A DNA stretch of 63,320 nucleotides, the filler included, from Intoshia linei (Eukaryota > Animalia > Orthonectida), in the NCBI GenBank assembly GCA_001642005.1. It is 5 parts of 5 records of this genome, joined end to end, with 100 filler letters (N's around TTAATTAATTAA, not from the genome) between each part and the next. Parts side by side here need not be neighbours in the genome. Positions count along the whole stretch, not along the records: positions 1 to 21,644 come from LWCA01000634.1; positions 21,745 to 52,796 come from LWCA01000342.1; 3 more parts are not named here. One strand, written 5' to 3'. The translations under genes were made by a program, and so were the position numbers. Under the pieces are notes generated by a model. The model saw only the letters and a program-made list of their open reading frames with translations. It made no database searches and had not been told where the DNA came from. Positions within the stretch are counted from its first letter, which is position 1. Each line of letters opens with the position of its first letter. Positions 11,911-25,282 of this stretch are shown one piece after another.

Positions 11911-14900
11911 ATGGAGTGTCCTTTATCAGAATCGGAATCGGAAGATTCTGAAAGACAGATGGATGGTGAACTGAAAAGGGAATCTTTTATATTGGAACCA
12001 ATTATACCTGATAATTCAGAACTTACTAATGAAAATAGAGATATCATAACAGAAGTTTCATCGAGTTCTATTCTTCAAATGCTCGATCAAGTTTTTTTAG
12101 TTAATATGGAATCATTTTCTTTATTTAGTTATCTATTAATGGAAAATTGAATACGATTGATGTTTCATTTCTTAAATCCAAATATTCTAATATGCATGAC
12201 AATTTAAAAAAGTATTGTATAAATTATCTCGTTTTTATGCGCATTTAGAATTAGTATTTTGGAAGCAGAGTACATTCATGATAGAAAAACTAAAGCAGAT
12301 ATATTGGAATTTTACAAGTCCAGAATATCTGATATTGAATCTTTTACTCCAACAAAAAAAATACAAGATAAAAATAGTGATGTGTCAGATGAAGAATCAG
12401 TCGCCCAACAACTTTCGCAACCCATCACCAATATTGAAGTTGAATCATCTAATGAAATGTTAAATTTAAGAAAACAGCTCTTGTCCACCAATAATGAACT
12501 GTCTCAAATTGAAGATCGTCAGTATCAAATTTTATACAAAATAAACCAGTAATTTTCGCTGTTTTAATAGAAATGCTAATTTTATTTATTTTAATTTCAA
12601 ATTTTAAATTTTATTTAAAGTCCATTTTTATTTTTAGCCTTGAAGAGGAAAAATCAATTTTAGAAAAAGAATTAAAACGTTTACCAACTATAGAGGTACG
12701 TAATATATATTTATAATACAGATTAATTACTCGTTAATTGAAAAACATTCTTGATTAAAGGACTGAATTTTTCTAAAGTACACAAATTCCATTTCAATTT
12801 AAAATGACTAGCATCATAATTATACTAAAGCTTTTTCGGTTCAAATTAAAAGCTTTAGATACTTAAAACATATTATTTTTTTTTTGATTAATGATGATAA
12901 TAATTGTTGATTATTAATTATATGAAATAAAATGACTTGCAAATATAAGTTAAGTGGAATAAAAATCAAAATATTTTCATTTTTTCATTGTTTTAATGCA
13001 ATGGTTCTGGGTTCAAATAGTATACGGACCCCATTTCAAAATATTTATTTTTTTGGACCCAAAGGGAAGCATCAAATATAAAACATTGATACAAAAATTA
13101 AAGGTCATTGTCATCATAGACATTATAGAATTCCGAAAAATATTGGAAAATAAGGATATTTTCCTTAAGCGTTGGTAATATTAGAGTTTTATTTTCAAGT
13201 TAGAATAAGAGGTTTTTCTCATAAAATTTGGTAGAATTATGTTTTTCAAAAAAATATGGAAAAAGGGTATTTTTACCTTAAGGAGTGATAAAATTAGATT
13301 TTTAATTTTGTGGTTGGATTAAGTCGATTTTTTAGGAAAAACATTCGCGATAACGGCATGAGATTTTTTTTCATCACCAATTATTACGTTAACGAGAAAT
13401 TAGTTTGTAAAAAATGTTTTAAATAAATGTAATGGTCATAAATTGTAACTTATAATAGGGTGATCCAAAGCATGGCCCGCGGGCCGCATGCGGCCCTTAT
13501 ATATACATTTATATATTCATGTATTGAAATGAATGAATTCATAAATTTAGACAATAAATGATAAAAACGAAATACTAAACAATGAAATAACAAAAAAACG
13601 CAGAGAAATTGGTCAATTTACTCAAGAAATTCAAATGTTAAATACTGAAATAGAGAAATGCAACGAAAGCGTTAAGGAAAATGATAAATTGATAGCAAAA
13701 AGTTGTGATAAACTTGAAAAATTGAAGGTACATTTAACAAAATACATCTACATTTTGACTAGGGAGATTTAGTATCAGTGAGTTCTCTTCCATCTCAAAT
13801 CAGCAAGGAAATTGAACGTTACTCAAAACAAAAAGTGTAATTAATTAAAAAATAATAATGAATTATTAAAATATTAATGGTACCTATCTAATTACAGATT
13901 ATTAAAACCATTGCCCTACTTTGAGGTGAAAAATTTTGACCAGCCGGAAATAGACGACTCATAAACAAATAATTGATGTCCATTCTATAGAGCAGGCATT
14001 CCCAAACGTTATTGATCTCGCGCCCCCTGATAAATGTTATATTAGTCACATTACTAATAGCAATGTGCAGAATTAAATCTATAATAACATGTCTACCTGC
14101 ATAAAACTCAAATTTTAAAAAAATGGAATTTATTTTGTATTATAATAATAATAGGAGTGTTATTTGTAATTATAAATGCATTGACTAACATTTTTGATAT
14201 TTAATCCTTACTTATATAAAACTCTTTGTCTGTCTGTTTGTGTTATCGTTTATTTAAATAATTAAGAACTTTATTAATTACCGGATTGGATTAAGTGGGT
14301 TTTTTAAAACAATATTGAACAAAGGGGGATTTTAATTTAGGGGTCGGTAAAATCAGCTTTTTATAAAACTATTGAAACAAGGGAATTTTTCCCTTAAGGG
14401 TTGCTAAACTTGAGTTTTTTATTTTGTGGTTATATTAAAAGGATTTTCCCCATTAGGTTTGGTAAAATCGGTTTATTTAGAAACATCGGATAAAAAAGTG
14501 GAGTAATCTATAAGACTTTGAATTTCAAAGTTTGAAACAGTATTTTTTATTAAATTTTATTAATGCTACCGTGAAATTATTAATCGTGCGATTTTATTCT
14601 CATTTTACCAATACTTAGGGTAAAACTCCTTTTTTTCCATTATTTTTTGAAAAACCCGATTTTACCAATACCTAAGTGAGCAATTCACTTTTATCTATAT
14701 TTTTTAGAAAAATCTAATTTAACCAAATACTTCCAGCATTGCCGAATAACACGTACCGAGTTTCTTTGCGGAAGAGACTCTGGCGAAATTTTTGTTAAAA
14801 TTGCTGTTTTTCGTTAAAAAATTGAAAAACATGACTAAATAATTAATTTCAAAAATCAAAAATATAATTAAAATGTTTTGTTTGGATATTAGTTTAAGCT

Positions 14901-17900
14901 TTAGACCAGGGGTGCAAAACCTGCGGCCCTGAAAGCGTTTTAGTGTTGCCCTGGGAAATTCATGTTATCATAATGCAATATATAATTGTACTTAAAATTT
15001 AAAAATTTAAAACTCATACAAAAAAATGTATCTTTTTAATTATTTATTAAATTTTTTTCAGGGCTCCCTGAAACCAGCAAGGCCCCACGCTGGGAATGAC
15101 TGCTCTAGAGCGACATTCATTTGATCGATGTATTGTTGGATCGCTCATCATAAAGCGACATAATTATTGATTTTACTAATTTATCATATTATTAATTTTT
15201 TACCAAAATTTAGTTGGGTTTTTAAGGGATTTTTTTTTTTTTTACCCAATTTTTAAAGATTTTTATGATTATTTTTCCGACAAAAATTTTGAAGGGTTTT
15301 TAAGGAATATTTTTTTTATTCAATTTTTAAATAATTTGAAGATACCTTAAAATGTTAAAAATATTCTTTTAAAAACCCTAAAAAATTTTGGTCGAAAAAT
15401 TATCATCAAAATATTTAAAAAATGTCCGCCTAAAAACCCTACCAAATCTAAGCACCAAAATTTTCTTTAAAATATTTAAAAATTGTGAGAAAAAAGCAAT
15501 AATATGATTAATTAGCAAAATTTATGATGTCGCGCTATGATGCTCCAACAATACACTGCTCAAATGTATGTCCCTTAAATTATTAAATAATTTATCATCA
15601 TAAAGTAAATTCTAAAACTCAATAAATATTTATACTTTTATAAATAGAGTTATAAATAAATATAAACCCTAAATGTAAATATGTCGTGTACTCTAAATTT
15701 AAAAACATTTTTTAAAGAATTAGGGTCAAATGTAGTAATTATAGTTAATTTAATGAAATAAAAATTAACGGTTTAAAATTTCTGCGAATCCATTTGGGGA
15801 AGCGCTGCGTATGAACTATTTATCTTTTTATTTTTATTTAATTGCTAGCGAATTGCTACTAACGTTATACGCACTTTTTGATTTTAAACTAGATAGTAAT
15901 GTTAATTTAGAGATGTATTAAGAAAAAGTGAAATGTATCAACAAGAAGTAGACGACATAAACACAACATTATCTAAATACGATCAACAAGTTATGACAAA
16001 ATATGATGAGATCAATTCTATAAAATCAGAATTATCCCGAATTAACGAAGAAATGTCGGAATCTGAACGACTCATCTCAGCTTTTACAACCGATTTAAAC
16101 ATGTCACGAGAAAAAGAAGTAGTTTTACTCGGTGACAGGTAATATTTTTTATTATGTGTATATTTTCAAAATTTTTACGTTTTTTAGTATCTACTAGCGT
16201 AGCCACCCTATATATAAATTTTTCTATTTAAAAAAATATCCGATGGAAAATAGGTTTCTATTTTGAAAATAATGATTATTCATGACGTTTAACGAAACTA
16301 ATTAAAATTTAAATTTAAAATTTATAAAATAAAATAGAGCAAACATGGATATCAATTTGAAATATTTAAACATCGACAAAAGAACAGAGAATGAATTGCA
16401 AAATAGACATTTAAAAGATAAGGAACGTGAATTGCGAAATTTAAAAAAATCAGAAGTTCAGCACAAATTTTGCTTAGACCAACTAAAAAGTTTAAAAAAT
16501 GCTTTTGACAGGGTTAACGAAACAGTAATAACAATTATAATGAAACATTAAATTAATAAAAACCGTAGAACAATTTGGTGTCTCAACCAAACCAACTACT
16601 GCTTAGAAGACGATTCGATGTAAAACACGAAGTTGACACATTAAAACGGGCATTATCTCAACAAAATTCATTGACAAATATAGAATCTTTAAAAGTTGAT
16701 AATTTTATCAACGAAGAAGAATCACTTTTAATGGAACAATCTGATTTAAGAATTGAAGTTATAGAACTATCAAGGCTGGCCATTATAAAAGTTAATTATT
16801 GGAATTATTGTTTATCCTCGATTGGTGTGATAATGAATTGGTATAGTGGTAATAAATTGATAATTTTGATTATTCCTTAATCGGAATAATAGTTCCTCAA
16901 AATGACATCCAAACTTGAATTTCCTTAAACATGGATAATATTAATTTATAACCAATTTTTTTCATGAAAACGATGCAAATGATGTCAAAGATTACTTTTT
17001 AAAGTCATACAATTCAATTGCCCAATTCGAGGGATATTTTTATTATTGCTATTGCAATATTTATACTACATGTTTGTTTCCAGTAAATTATTAAAATTAA
17101 AATTTAGAATGATGAGAGAGAACAAAAATCTAAAGATTACCAAAAATCCGAACAAAGATTTACAAAAATCATGGATGATTTGAAGCAAAAAGAATTGATT
17201 ATCAAAGAAATGAAAAAGAAATATGTATTATTGCATGAAAGGTAATTTTTATTTTTTACAATTACAAATTTTTAATTGTAATAAATCAATTTAGACTGGA
17301 AGACTTTGCCAAAATTTACTATTTAATAAAAAACGAAAGAAACAAATGTGTTACCAGCATTCAAATATCCTTACAAAAGAATTCTGAGCTTTCCGAAAAA
17401 ATAAAAATTTTCCATAACGAAATTGAAATATTAAGAAACAACTCAAATAAAAAGGAAAAGTATGTTTATCCACATTAAAACATACATAAAATTTAGTGGT
17501 TTACATAAAAAAAGAATGAAAATATCTAGCGACATACTAATTAGAGATAACGTACAAATGGATTTGTCTAAAAATTTGTCTCTTGAAGATAAATTGATTG
17601 AAGAAAGGGAACAACAAAGATTGAAAATTTCACGATTAAATCAAATGATTAATTTATCCGAAGAGTACATGATAAATCAGAGAAAAATATACGATCAAGC
17701 TACAAAAATTAGAAACGACAGGGGTATCGAATTGGTAAAACTAAACGCGGATGTCTGTTTGTTCTATCAAAAATTTAACACTCAAGGTACAGATTCATAT
17801 ATTCTGTTGTTAAGCGCATATTTTAGAGGAAACTATAAAACATTCCGAAATTGAATATAAACTGAGATTAGATGATATAAATAACATTAATTTGGAATTA

Positions 17901-18908
17901 AACGAACAAAAAAGAAACTGTGAAAATTTAAAAAAATTGGTGCCCAAAATAAATGACTATAAGAATGAATTATTAGTCTTGAATCAACAGGTTAAAATTT
18001 ATTAATTGTATTAATCATACCAATTGTTTTTAGATTGATATATGCAAGCAGCGTAAAATAGAATTGGAAAAAAGGACCGAAAATCCAAAAACTGAAAATA
18101 GAACACGCTATTTAGATAACCCTGAACAAAGTTATTGTACATTGAGCAATAAATTGTTCACACTAGAAAAACAATTGGGAAACACTGAAGAAAAACTTTT
18201 GGAAAAAGAATTAATATCACGGCAAGTAAACAGGTTGATTCATGAAATTAAAACAGATATAAACAACAGAAGAAATGAAACATTTGAAATTGGAAATAAG
18301 GTAAAAATATTTACTCTTTAAATTTAACATTTATTTAATTTTTGTTAATTGATATAACAGATAAATGAAATCCAACGAAGTATAAAAACCAAAACCAAAA
18401 ATATTAAAGCATTAATAGCAGAAATTTCGTTGAATCAAGCAAAAAAATTCAAACACATCAAAATCAAGGAAGAAGCTGAAGAGAATATTAAAAATATTTA
18501 CGAGTACTTTTAAATCAATTTTTCATTTATTTATGCATCCTTTAATCTTTTAAAATTAGTAATATGGATAACGGCAAGTATCCATCCAAAAAAATTGAAC
18601 AAAATTGGAATAGATATTGTGAAAATAATAAACGCATTCAAATAGACAAGGAAGTTATGGAAAAGGTTTCTATTAATAATATACCCTTTTAACTTTTTTT
18701 CAAGACTGATGAATGGAAAAATCAACACAGGTTATTGAATGGAGGTTTTACTATGGCTGACCCCCGCCCGAATGCTTATATTCCTGAAAACGACAGCCAA
18801 TTACCTATACCTAAACCTTATGGGGTCCATGCACCGTTCAAACCTTCTGAACACGGTGCAAATATGCGTCACATACGAAATCCAACCATTAAAGATATTG
18901 AAATATAA
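11911..18908 (+). CDS. CCDC146: Coiled-coil domain-containing protein 146 (ciliary/flagellar), multi-exon
   Basis: Long coiled-coil exons, including KNERNKCV and RNDRGIEL. Diagnostic C-terminus [50 protein letters not shown]. Confidence 0.9.
13993..15102. mobile_element. hAT (Charlie/Buster-like) non-autonomous element with nested repeats
   Basis: TIRs CAGGCATTCCCA / TGGGAATGACTG match 11/12. Flanking 8-bp TSD CTATAGAG / CTCTAGAG matches 7/8 and fits the nTCTAGAn target preference. Confidence 0.75.
15103..15575. mobile_element. Foldback-like repeat with long imperfect terminal inverted repeats and internal subrepeats
   Basis: GACATTCATTTGATCGATGTATTGTTGGA at ~15112 is mirrored by TCCAACAATACACTGCTCAAATGTATGTC at ~15544. 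Related copies lie at ~19795-20595 and ~38225-38680. Confidence 0.65.
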
Positions 18909-18920
18909 ATATAAACAGTT

Positions 18921-19260
18921 TTATTCTTCACTTAGTTCACTATCACAAAAACTTTCTTGCATCAAATTTTCCTCCTCTAGCACTAGAACATTGATTTGTT
19001 TGTATCTAAACCACTGCATGACAATTATTGAATCATACATTATTGATAAAACACCCAAACTAAGTTTTGTAATGTTCTGGAGTAGTGTATGCCAGTTATC
19101 TATATATAATGTATTTAATATTTAATACTTTTTGAAAATTACTTCTATTAAAAGCAATTAAAAACATTTGAAGCAATGAAAAGAATCCACCAATCAAATC
19201 CAAAAATATGTTTAATATACTGAATCCATCAACGCTTTTTCGTTTATAGTTCATTATAAT
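18921..19260 (-). CDS. CTNS: Cystinosin (lysosomal cystine transporter, PQ-loop), last two exons 19143-19260 and 18921-19099; 5' exons not found before the linker
   Basis: IIMNYKRKSVDGFSILNIFLDLIGGFFSLLQMFL...NWHTLLQNITKLSLGVLSIMYDSIIVMQWFRY matches the second PQ-loop half of cystinosin. Confidence 0.8.
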
Positions 19261-19879
19261 CTAAAATTGCATTTTATTTATTTTCTTTTTAAAGAGCCGA
19301 ACCTACCCTACTTCGAGAACACTCTTAGGGATTGGACGAAATTTTTGCAAAATTAGTCTCATTATTCCAAATAGTACATTAAAAAAATTATATTCTTGAC
19401 TATCATAAATATTTTGTCAAGATAAAAATGTCAAGTCAAAAGTCTTGGAAAGATAACTAGGGCTATACATGTATGACACTACGAATCGTTTGCTAATTTT
19501 TTTAAAGAGCGGCATCGAGCTTGGTAGGTTCGACTATGACTTTTGCGATAGTGGTACTTTTTTCTCCTTTATCATATAAAAGTGCATATCTGTACGTTAC
19601 CGTTTAATTAAAAATTAAGTCCTATAATTATAATTAAAAAACCCAATTTCTCATCAGTTTTTGAAGAGATAAATTTGATCACAAACTTCTTTTTCAGATT
19701 TTGACTGCTTCAGTACCAAGAACACAAATATAATTATTTATATAATTTAAAAAAAATCTGGACCGTTCAGAAGAAGAGAGAAAAACACAAGAAATATAAT
19801 CATTGATTTTGTTAATTAATCATAATATTTATTTTTTGACAATATTTTTGTGGTTTCTTCAATGTATCTTTAATGACAA

Positions 19880-20360
19880 TGACAAAGATTTTGTAGGGTT
19901 TTTATGGGTATATTTTTTATACCATTTTTTAAAGATTTTGAAGATAATTTTAGGACCAAAATTTTGTAGGGTTCTTAAGGGAATATTTTATTTTTTTTTA
20001 TTTTTTAAATACTTTAAACATAATTTTGGTCCCAAGATTTTGTAGGATTTTTAAGAAAATATAATTTTTTTTAATTTTTTAAAAATTTTGAAGGTAATTT
20101 TGGTCTCAAAATATTGAAGGGAATGTTTTATTTTTTTCTATTTTGTAAAGATTTTGAAGATAATTTTGGTCCCAAGATTTTGTAGGGTTTTTAAGGCAAT
20201 ATAATTTTTTTTACCATTTTTTAAAGATTTATAAGATAATTTTGGTTTCAAAATATTGAAGGGAACATTTTTTTCTACATTTTTAAAGATTTTGAAGTCA
20301 ATTTTGGGATCAAAAATTTTGTAGAGTTTTGAAGGGAATATGTTTAACATTTTATGGGAT
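19880..20360 (+). repeat. Degenerate ~60-75 bp tandem array inside a foldback-like element
   Basis: About six copies of TTTTTAAAGATTTTGAAGATAATTTTGGTCCCAAGATTTTGTAGGGTTTTTAAGG.AATAT... Confidence 0.8.
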
Positions 20361-21523
20361 CTTCAAAATCTTTAAAATTTGGCTGAAAAAAGTGTTACCT
20401 TAAAAACCCTGCAAAAGTATAGTCCCAAAATTATGAATATAAGATAATAAAAATAATAATAAAATATGAATAAAGAAATCCACTAAAATTTCGTGAAAAA
20501 ATCAATCATATGATAAATTAGTAAAATCGATGATTATATCGCTTCAAGATATATCTCTCCAACAATACATCGCTCAAAAGAATGTGGCTCCAGATAATGG
20601 ACGTCAATAGAGATACATAAAAGGGTAAAGAGTAGCCTACATTCATTCTTAACAATGAATCAAAAACACAAATTACCCTTTTTTAATAATATAATTATTC
20701 CTAGAATTTAAAAAAATCTGGGATCGTTAAAATTTTCGTAAATTTCAACTTCAGAAATTTATTCTGACCATGAGGTCAAAATCATAAATTGCTATTTTTT
20801 TAAAAAATATTATAAAGCGTAAATTCCGCGATCTATTCCAGTTAATACAGGACAAATTACGATTAGTTTATAAAAAATATAAAACGTTTCAGAAGAATTT
20901 CCCAGTATAAAATTTTCATTTATTCCAGAAATTAACACAACTAATGTTTGATTAATTATTCATAATTATAATGTACAATGTGTAGACTAGGGTGTTAACT
21001 TTTTGATCGAATTTTAGAAATTAAAAAAATACAGGGCCGTTCGGTATGAGAAATGCAATGAAAATAACATCTGCGGTGTTTGTTTTTAATATTATTACAA
21101 AAACATCGGCCTGCTCTGCAATTTAAAAATACCCATAATATTTTGAACTGAAATTTATTATTATTATGTGGATTTTTTATGATTATTAATAATTTCAAAC
21201 GACTAACGGTGTAATTATTTAATTCGCCGTCAATGCATGTAACCGATCTTATTTTTGTAAGGATTTGAAAGTATTTATGATACTGTCGTTACTTCACACC
21301 GTAAAGAATCTGAAAAATAGTATAAATAAATTTTTTAATAATACATGACGCTAACCTATACTTCTGTCAACCTTTATTTACACATTTTTTGAGAGTTCCT
21401 TTTATTTTATAGATAGAATATGGAAGACATGAAACATTACAATCTGATTAGAATCAAAATAATTGTTATTTTTTCATTTGATTTCATTTCAAATGACGAT
21501 TTGAATAAATAATATAAACATAA

Positions 21524-21644
21524 TGGCAAGGTTACGAAAGTTCAAAAATGAAGTGCAAACCGCCCCTGACACCTGACCACAAAAAATCCCGCTTAGAATT
21601 CGCCAGAGAGAACATGAGCATGAATTGGAAACAAGTTTGCTTCT
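21524..21644 (+). mobile_element. Tc3/Tc1-like transposase fragment truncated by contig end
   Basis: KMKCKPPLTPDHKKSRLEFARENMSMNWKQVCF(S) matches the Tc3 segment just before the first catalytic Asp (W..V.FSDE). Confidence 0.8.
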
Positions 21645-21744
21645 NNNNNNNNNNNNNNNNNNNNNNNNNNNNNNNNNNNNNNNNNNNNTTAATTAATTAA
21701 NNNNNNNNNNNNNNNNNNNNNNNNNNNNNNNNNNNNNNNNNNNN
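21645..21744. other. Artificial contig linker
   Basis: 44 N + TTAATTAATTAA (stops in all six frames) + 44 N, identical at four sites. Confidence 0.95.
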
Positions 21745-22762
21745 ATTGGGGTTTTTGACCCGTAAGATGTGAGTTTGGGAGGTTGAAATTTATCTTATGT
21801 CCCGGAAAAACTGTAAACTAAATATAGACTTTATAAAATTCTAAGACTAGTAGTTATTGAAATAAAGTGGAAAACACACACACAAACAAATATTGCGTAG
21901 CATATTATATAAGTAAGGATATATTTTAATAATTTATAATAATTTATAATATAACATATACCAACATTTGTTTAATATTATTAACCAATAACAAAGAATT
22001 TTTGTAAATATGATCCTTCTCTTACGGTCAGTATCTGACCGTTAATTGTCTTTTTTATTGATACAACGGGGTATATATAAATGCAAACCTGGGAGATGCA
22101 AATTCATGATAATCTATGCAAAAATATCTGATTTTTTTTTTAAATTGAAAGAATCTTAAGAATGGAATAATTAATTAAAATACACATAGGCAGAACCCTT
22201 TTTGGTGGGTCTCGATGATATCTTTTCAAATTTAGCTTTTAAATTTTATAAATGTTTATTTTTGATTATCATGGTTATTTTTTGTTAGAAATTTATGCTG
22301 TCAAGTTCAAACCTACATGTAGATGTAGAAGAGGCGGCTAGAATATGATATAACAGTTTGTTAATTTTTAGGGTAGTCGAGAAGGGTAAGTTCGTCTCTG
22401 CATACAGATGAAATCATTTTATTTGATATGAATAAGAATTATAATCAGTTTCGTTTAATTATTAACTAATAAATTAACAATTCGGTTTTTGACACTGAAG
22501 GATTCAATTTTGGAAATGAAACTTTATATAAACATCACCGCGAAAAACAGTATTAAAAAGGTTTTTTTTTTTTACAACTGTTAATTTTTAAAATAAACGG
22601 TAAAGATACAGACATAAATAGACATTCCATTTTATATAATTAAAGGTTAGCGTGGTTTTCCATACACTCAGATACTTATAATATATAACACTATAACACT
22701 AACTAATTGAAGCTTGGTTGTCTAATAATAATTTATCATTTTTTAAAAATTATAATTATTAG

Positions 22763-25070
22763 ACATACTCTAAAGATCAATAAACCACGATCTGCTTCGA
22801 TTGGAGTTGAAAGCGGAAAATACGGAAATACCCGGTAGACTTTAAAATGAAACTAAATTAAATCTAATTATTCCACAGAGGAAAAATATATACCAGTTTT
22901 AATGTACAAAAAACGATTCCAAATGATGAAAACAGAGTACAGTAAATTTAAAAATTAACTAAAATTATCAATTTAAAAATAAATGAAATTTACATCTAAT
23001 TAAGTGTTTCCCGATTCAAATAGTGTACGGACTCCCATTTCAAAATATTTATTTTTTTAGACCCAAAAAAAACATAAAATATAAAATATTTATGAAAAAA
23101 TTAAAGGTTTTTTCTCATAAGATATGGTAGAATCGTGTTTTTCAAAAAAATATTGGATTTCTTATTACTTATTTTGGGCTTTGATAAAGTTGAATTGAAA
23201 AAATATTGGAAAAAGAGGATTTTCTCATAAGGTTTAGTAAAATCGTATTTTTTAATAAAATATTGTAAAAAGAGGATTTTTCGATTAACAGTTGGTTAAA
23301 TTGTATTTTTAATTTTTTATTTTGGGGTTTCATTCAGTGGATTTTTCCTTTAAGGGATGGTAAAATCTTGTTTTTCAAAAAAATATTCGGAAAAAGACGA
23401 TTTTCTCTTAATGGATGGATACATTGTATTTTTGATTTATCATTATCTTTGTGGTTAGATTAAGTGGATTTTTCAAAAAAATATTTGAAAAGGTGAATTT
23501 TTCCTTTAAAGATTGGTAAAATTGTATTTTTGATTTTTATTTTTGGGTATGATTTAGTGGATTTTTCACTGAGGGTTTGAAATAGTATTTTGTATTAAAT
23601 TTTATTAATGGTGCGATGAAAGTGGGATTTTTGAAATAATACTGTACTGGTCATCTAGGGTTTGGGACAAATCCCCAACATCTATCAAATCTGGAATCAA
23701 TATTAAAAATTCTCATATAAGAATAAAAAAAAGCTGATAAAATTTTTTTTATATTTTAATTAAATCTCACGGCCCAGTTATTCATTTTTGGATGCCAAGG
23801 GCTCCAGGGACTCCAATCGTGAACGACTGGTATAATTCTAAACTATAATATTGTGTCTTATTATATGATTGATATAATCAAAAGATCCTCCGATGTATCT
23901 GTATACGCAACACCACTTCGTAGAAACTCTGAACAAATTTTTCGAATGAATTTAGCCAGAAACAAAAAAGAACGAAAAAGTGATAGACTAGCATTAAAAG
24001 ATTCTTTGGCACAATTTTATAAATCAATGAACAGTGATCGAAAAAAATTTGATCCAAACATTAAAAATATTAAACCCGTTGACAATTCCACCAAAACAAC
24101 TACCTCTAGCCGAAAATTATCCGAACCAATTCATCAAACTAAAATTTTAAATAAGCTCAAAACAAAATTTTCCAATGAAAATATTGACAGTGTTTCAAAT
24201 TCAACTTCAAATTCATCTCTCAAAAATCAAGTAATAAACAAATTGACTTGTATCAAAAATTCAATAATTGGCACTCCTAAGTTTCATAGGCGGTCCAAGA
24301 TAGGTTTTTATCTATTTTAATTATATTTATTTTAATTTTTAGTAAATATTTCTGAAAATGCTCTCAATAAAGATGCTTCACAAGAGTACATTTCAGTATA
24401 AATTGTAATCATTTTTTTTAGACAGAAACATTCTTGGTTTACAGATTTTATGAGTAATCAAAGTAACATTAAAAGAACAAAATCGTATTTTATTATTGTT
24501 CGTTATAAAACCTTAATTCAACTTAAACATGGAATCATGAATACTTTATTAATGGTATTATAATTATAATTTAAATAATAATTATTTAAATCGTGTGACC
24601 TCCATGTTTTTTTGTAAAATCAAAATGTTGCCTATCTTAACATCATAAAAAGGAATCCTTGACAAGGATGTGGGCCCAACATTTCATTTGATTTCATTTA
24701 AAATTTTGATGAATATCAAAAACATGACTGTGCTTGATGCGAATTATTAATTATATTAATTAGATACCAGATTGTACATATGATGTGACAGGATATCAAT
24801 CGTTCCGGGTTCAAATAACAAAGAGTTCATCCATGTTGATAAGAAATGTTCAATTGGAAATTAACATTTCAAATTCAATTTCCAGCCACAACAATGCCAC
24901 AAACATGAAAAATACAAATTACATTTCTATAAATCTAGTGAGCGGTAGGCATTTGTGTGAAATTTTTATTTTTAATTAATATAGGACCTACCAAAAAATA
25001 CAAAAATTTTTGTTTGTCTTTTGAACAAACACTTGTAAAATTACTTCACACCAATAAAGAATACAAGTAA
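22763..25070 (+). CDS. BRSK: BRSK/SAD-family Ser/Thr kinase, C-terminal exons only (kinase domain not seen in this contig)
   Basis: KLTCIKNSIIGTPKFHRR, KHSWFTDF, IPDCTYDVTGYQSFRVQ and YISINLVSGPTKKYK align with the BRSK AIS/KA1 region (NSIKNSFLGSPRFHRR, KKSWFGNF, TFTLLSGPSRRFK). Exons are phase-consistent. Confidence 0.8.
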
Positions 25071-25282
25071 TTGAGTCAATTCTTGTCGATATTTTATAAA
25101 ATTTGTTAAATTTGATATATTTATGTAGAAATATACCAACAGCGTATTTTTGTTTGATATTATTAATTAAATTGTAGTATTAACATAGTTTTATCAATTT
25201 GACAGTTGCATTTATTAATACTCAATGTATCAATAAGTATCATAGAATATCATATGGTTTTTTCAAATTAAATCTTATTTTT

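Noticed and set aside
12996-13178. Short F/L/I/K-rich ORFs in introns and intergenic DNA (e.g. 12996, 19803, 20138, 26705, 34030, 46447, 47603)
   Set aside because: They lie within dispersed AT-rich repeats and are chance ORFs.
19880-20360. Regularly spaced repeats resembling a CRISPR array (also 8520-8980 and 23100-23580)
   Set aside because: Degenerate tandem units without unique spacers, in a eukaryotic context with no cas genes.
21645-21744. Recurrent TTAATTAATTAA palindrome flanked by Ns (four sites)
   Set aside because: Identical 100-bp six-frame-stop linker, so an assembly/concatenation artefact. It also explains the missing 5' parts of CTNS, BRSK and the second SLC6, which should not be read as gene loss.
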